NCBI GenBank assembly: GCA_047495785.1
Contig: JBLDXI010000019.1
Location: 3,286,001 to 3,350,000 of the forward strand
Source: Lepidodermella squamata
Taxonomy: Eukaryota; Animalia; Gastrotricha
Direction of reading: 5' to 3'
Length of the DNA: 64,000 bases
The position numbers were made by a program, and so were the translations under genes. Position 1 is the first letter of the stretch. Every line of letters starts with the position of its first letter. The notes beneath the pieces were generated by a model. That model did not search any database. It saw only the letters and a list, made by a program, of their open reading frames with translations, and had not been told where the DNA came from. Shown one piece after another: positions 62,240 to 64,000 of this stretch.

Positions 62240-62807
62240 TCCGGTCAAATTAGTTCAAAAATTATTTGTGAGACGTTTCTAGTACTCTTTTTGTGCTACT
62301 TTGAACCAAACTCTTAGAGGACCCCTGTGTCGTTCAAGCCTAAGACAGACCAAGTTCTGAGGGCGGTGGATCTATGACTAAATCAGCGACAGGGCCAGCC
62401 TACAATTAGCTATATCATGCTGTTTCACACGTTACTCAAAAAAGCATGTGAACTTCTAATCAGTGCTGACGATATTTATCTTCTAAATGTATAATTTGTC
62501 CATCCGAGAACTGCGCTGCTATAGCCTGCAAGTTATGTCCTTCTGAATCAGCTATCAGCATTCATTCCAATAACTAATACAACAAAGCCAGATTCGCATT
62601 AATCATCTCATCATTGATTGCCATTCGACCAGGGATGACTGCCAGGGTATCATCCTGCAATGGTGGTTTCAAAGATAACCCTTGATCACGGTTCATTTAT
62701 TCATGAGTATAGCATTATCATAATGCATGCATTATTCATGATTAACCTCAGATAAAACATGTATCAACCGGAGCGTGATAGAACAATCAGAAATCTAACG
62801 GGAATTT

Positions 62808-64000
62808 CTATAATTCAGCTTTCACCGAGCTGGGCGTCGAAGCAACAGGAAGACCATTTATTAGATTACTTGAAGTCGAGAAGGACAAATTACGCGTGCT
62901 TGTACTTGCATGACTGTTGATAGGGCATCGTATGCTGATAATTTTACCGCCTGACGTTGTTCCAAAAGATTTCCCAAGCCCGGCCAGTACGATCATTTGA
63001 CCTTGGTGGAAAGGCGAAATTCGCATTGGTATCACAGTTTTGAGCTGCTCAAATAAGCCAAGCCGAACACTGATTGCGTCATCGGCTTGTAAATGCTGAC
63101 CTTCGGCATCTGCACTATATGATTTATGATTCCGGGGCATGGATTCGCCATGGCCAGCATAAAACTGAGGAATAAAAGTGAAATTAGATTTTGAGATGAT
63201 TGAGTTTTTCTTTGAATTTCGGCAAATATTAATTTGTTGGGAATTTTTGGGAATTTACCTGGATTCGCTGATTTCCGTTATCTGCTACCAGCAAATTTCC
63301 GACGCTATCGAAGCAGATTCCTTGAGGATTTTTGACATATCCTATCCTGTCACCAGAAACAGCCAACGATTGTGTTTTCACAACAGCAGCGCTCATTGCA
63401 GGACCAGGCAGGATTGGCGTGTAGTATTGAAGCGAAAATTTGACCATCTCAGAATTTCTTTTGTCTGTGACTATCAAGCTCGATCTTGCATTGCAGTGAG
63501 GGTCGGGAAGCAGGGCGCATTTGTATGGGACAGAAACGCGATTCACGGGGTTCATCGGGTTGAAAAGTGGCATGGTGATCTGGAGCAGAAGGACAGGATG
63601 ATGAGGGTAAGTCGACCAAACCGTCACGCCATCCTCACAACAGCAAAACAATAGGTACTTTGACGAATCGACTGATAACCCGTTGAAAGTGATCAAACTC
63701 GGGTAATCAAGCCTTGTCACATACGGCTTTATCACAGTGTACTCCTGGTTTCTGCTTCGACTTTCTAGCGACGCTTCGATGTTAGCTAGACGGGTGTAGA
63801 AGATACCTTCAAGCCGAATCGAGAAGAAAAACGTTCTCGTCAAGGTGTTTAAAGCGGCGTGGTTGATATTAGCGGGTACATATGGCAATGCCAGCTTAGG
63901 TTTTGAGAACTTTTCGCAAACAACTGGGCTTGGCGATTGGTTCGAGTTGAGGGAGGAGTAACTCGCCCCAACGTTATTGCCCAATTGATATCGTAAATTA
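62808..64000 (-). CDS. 3' part of an NHL-repeat protein gene (runs off the window)
   Basis: NPQGICFDSVGNLLVADNGNQRIQ is a canonical NHL repeat. Intron 63258-63165 splices in frame to the terminal exon (FYAGHGESMPRNH...). Confidence 0.75.

Overview
Eukaryotic (invertebrate-type, compact 50-70 bp introns) chemoreceptor-like locus that has been heavily invaded by mobile DNA. 1-13 kb: a tandem array of six three-exon rhodopsin-like (class A) orphan GPCR genes on the minus strand (four intact, two disrupted), with MITEs and a Helitron helicase remnant. 13.6-16.6 kb: a TA-flanked TIR element carrying a 191-bp satellite. 16991-25630: an 8.6-kb element with 19-bp terminal inverted repeats and GTGCTGG arm arrays. 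It encodes three intron-containing genes, including a spliced tyrosine recombinase (catalytic R..K..TxxR..H..Y recoverable only after removing a LINE and two introns), and is a candidate undescribed YR DNA transposon. 25627-48323: 15.2 near-identical 1492-bp tandem units. Each hides a two-exon gene, missed by the ORF track, for a 71-aa secreted prepropeptide (signal peptide, acidic propeptide ending EEAGR, 26-aa four-Cys mature peptide), i.e. an amplified toxin/defence-like peptide gene. The YR element plus array is bracketed by a direct segmental duplication. 49-64 kb: two intronless GABA-B-like class C GPCRs, class A GPCR pseudogenes, a seventh intact class A GPCR with a GC-AG intron, and the 3' end of an NHL-repeat gene. 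All domain calls come from motif recognition by eye; no searches were run.
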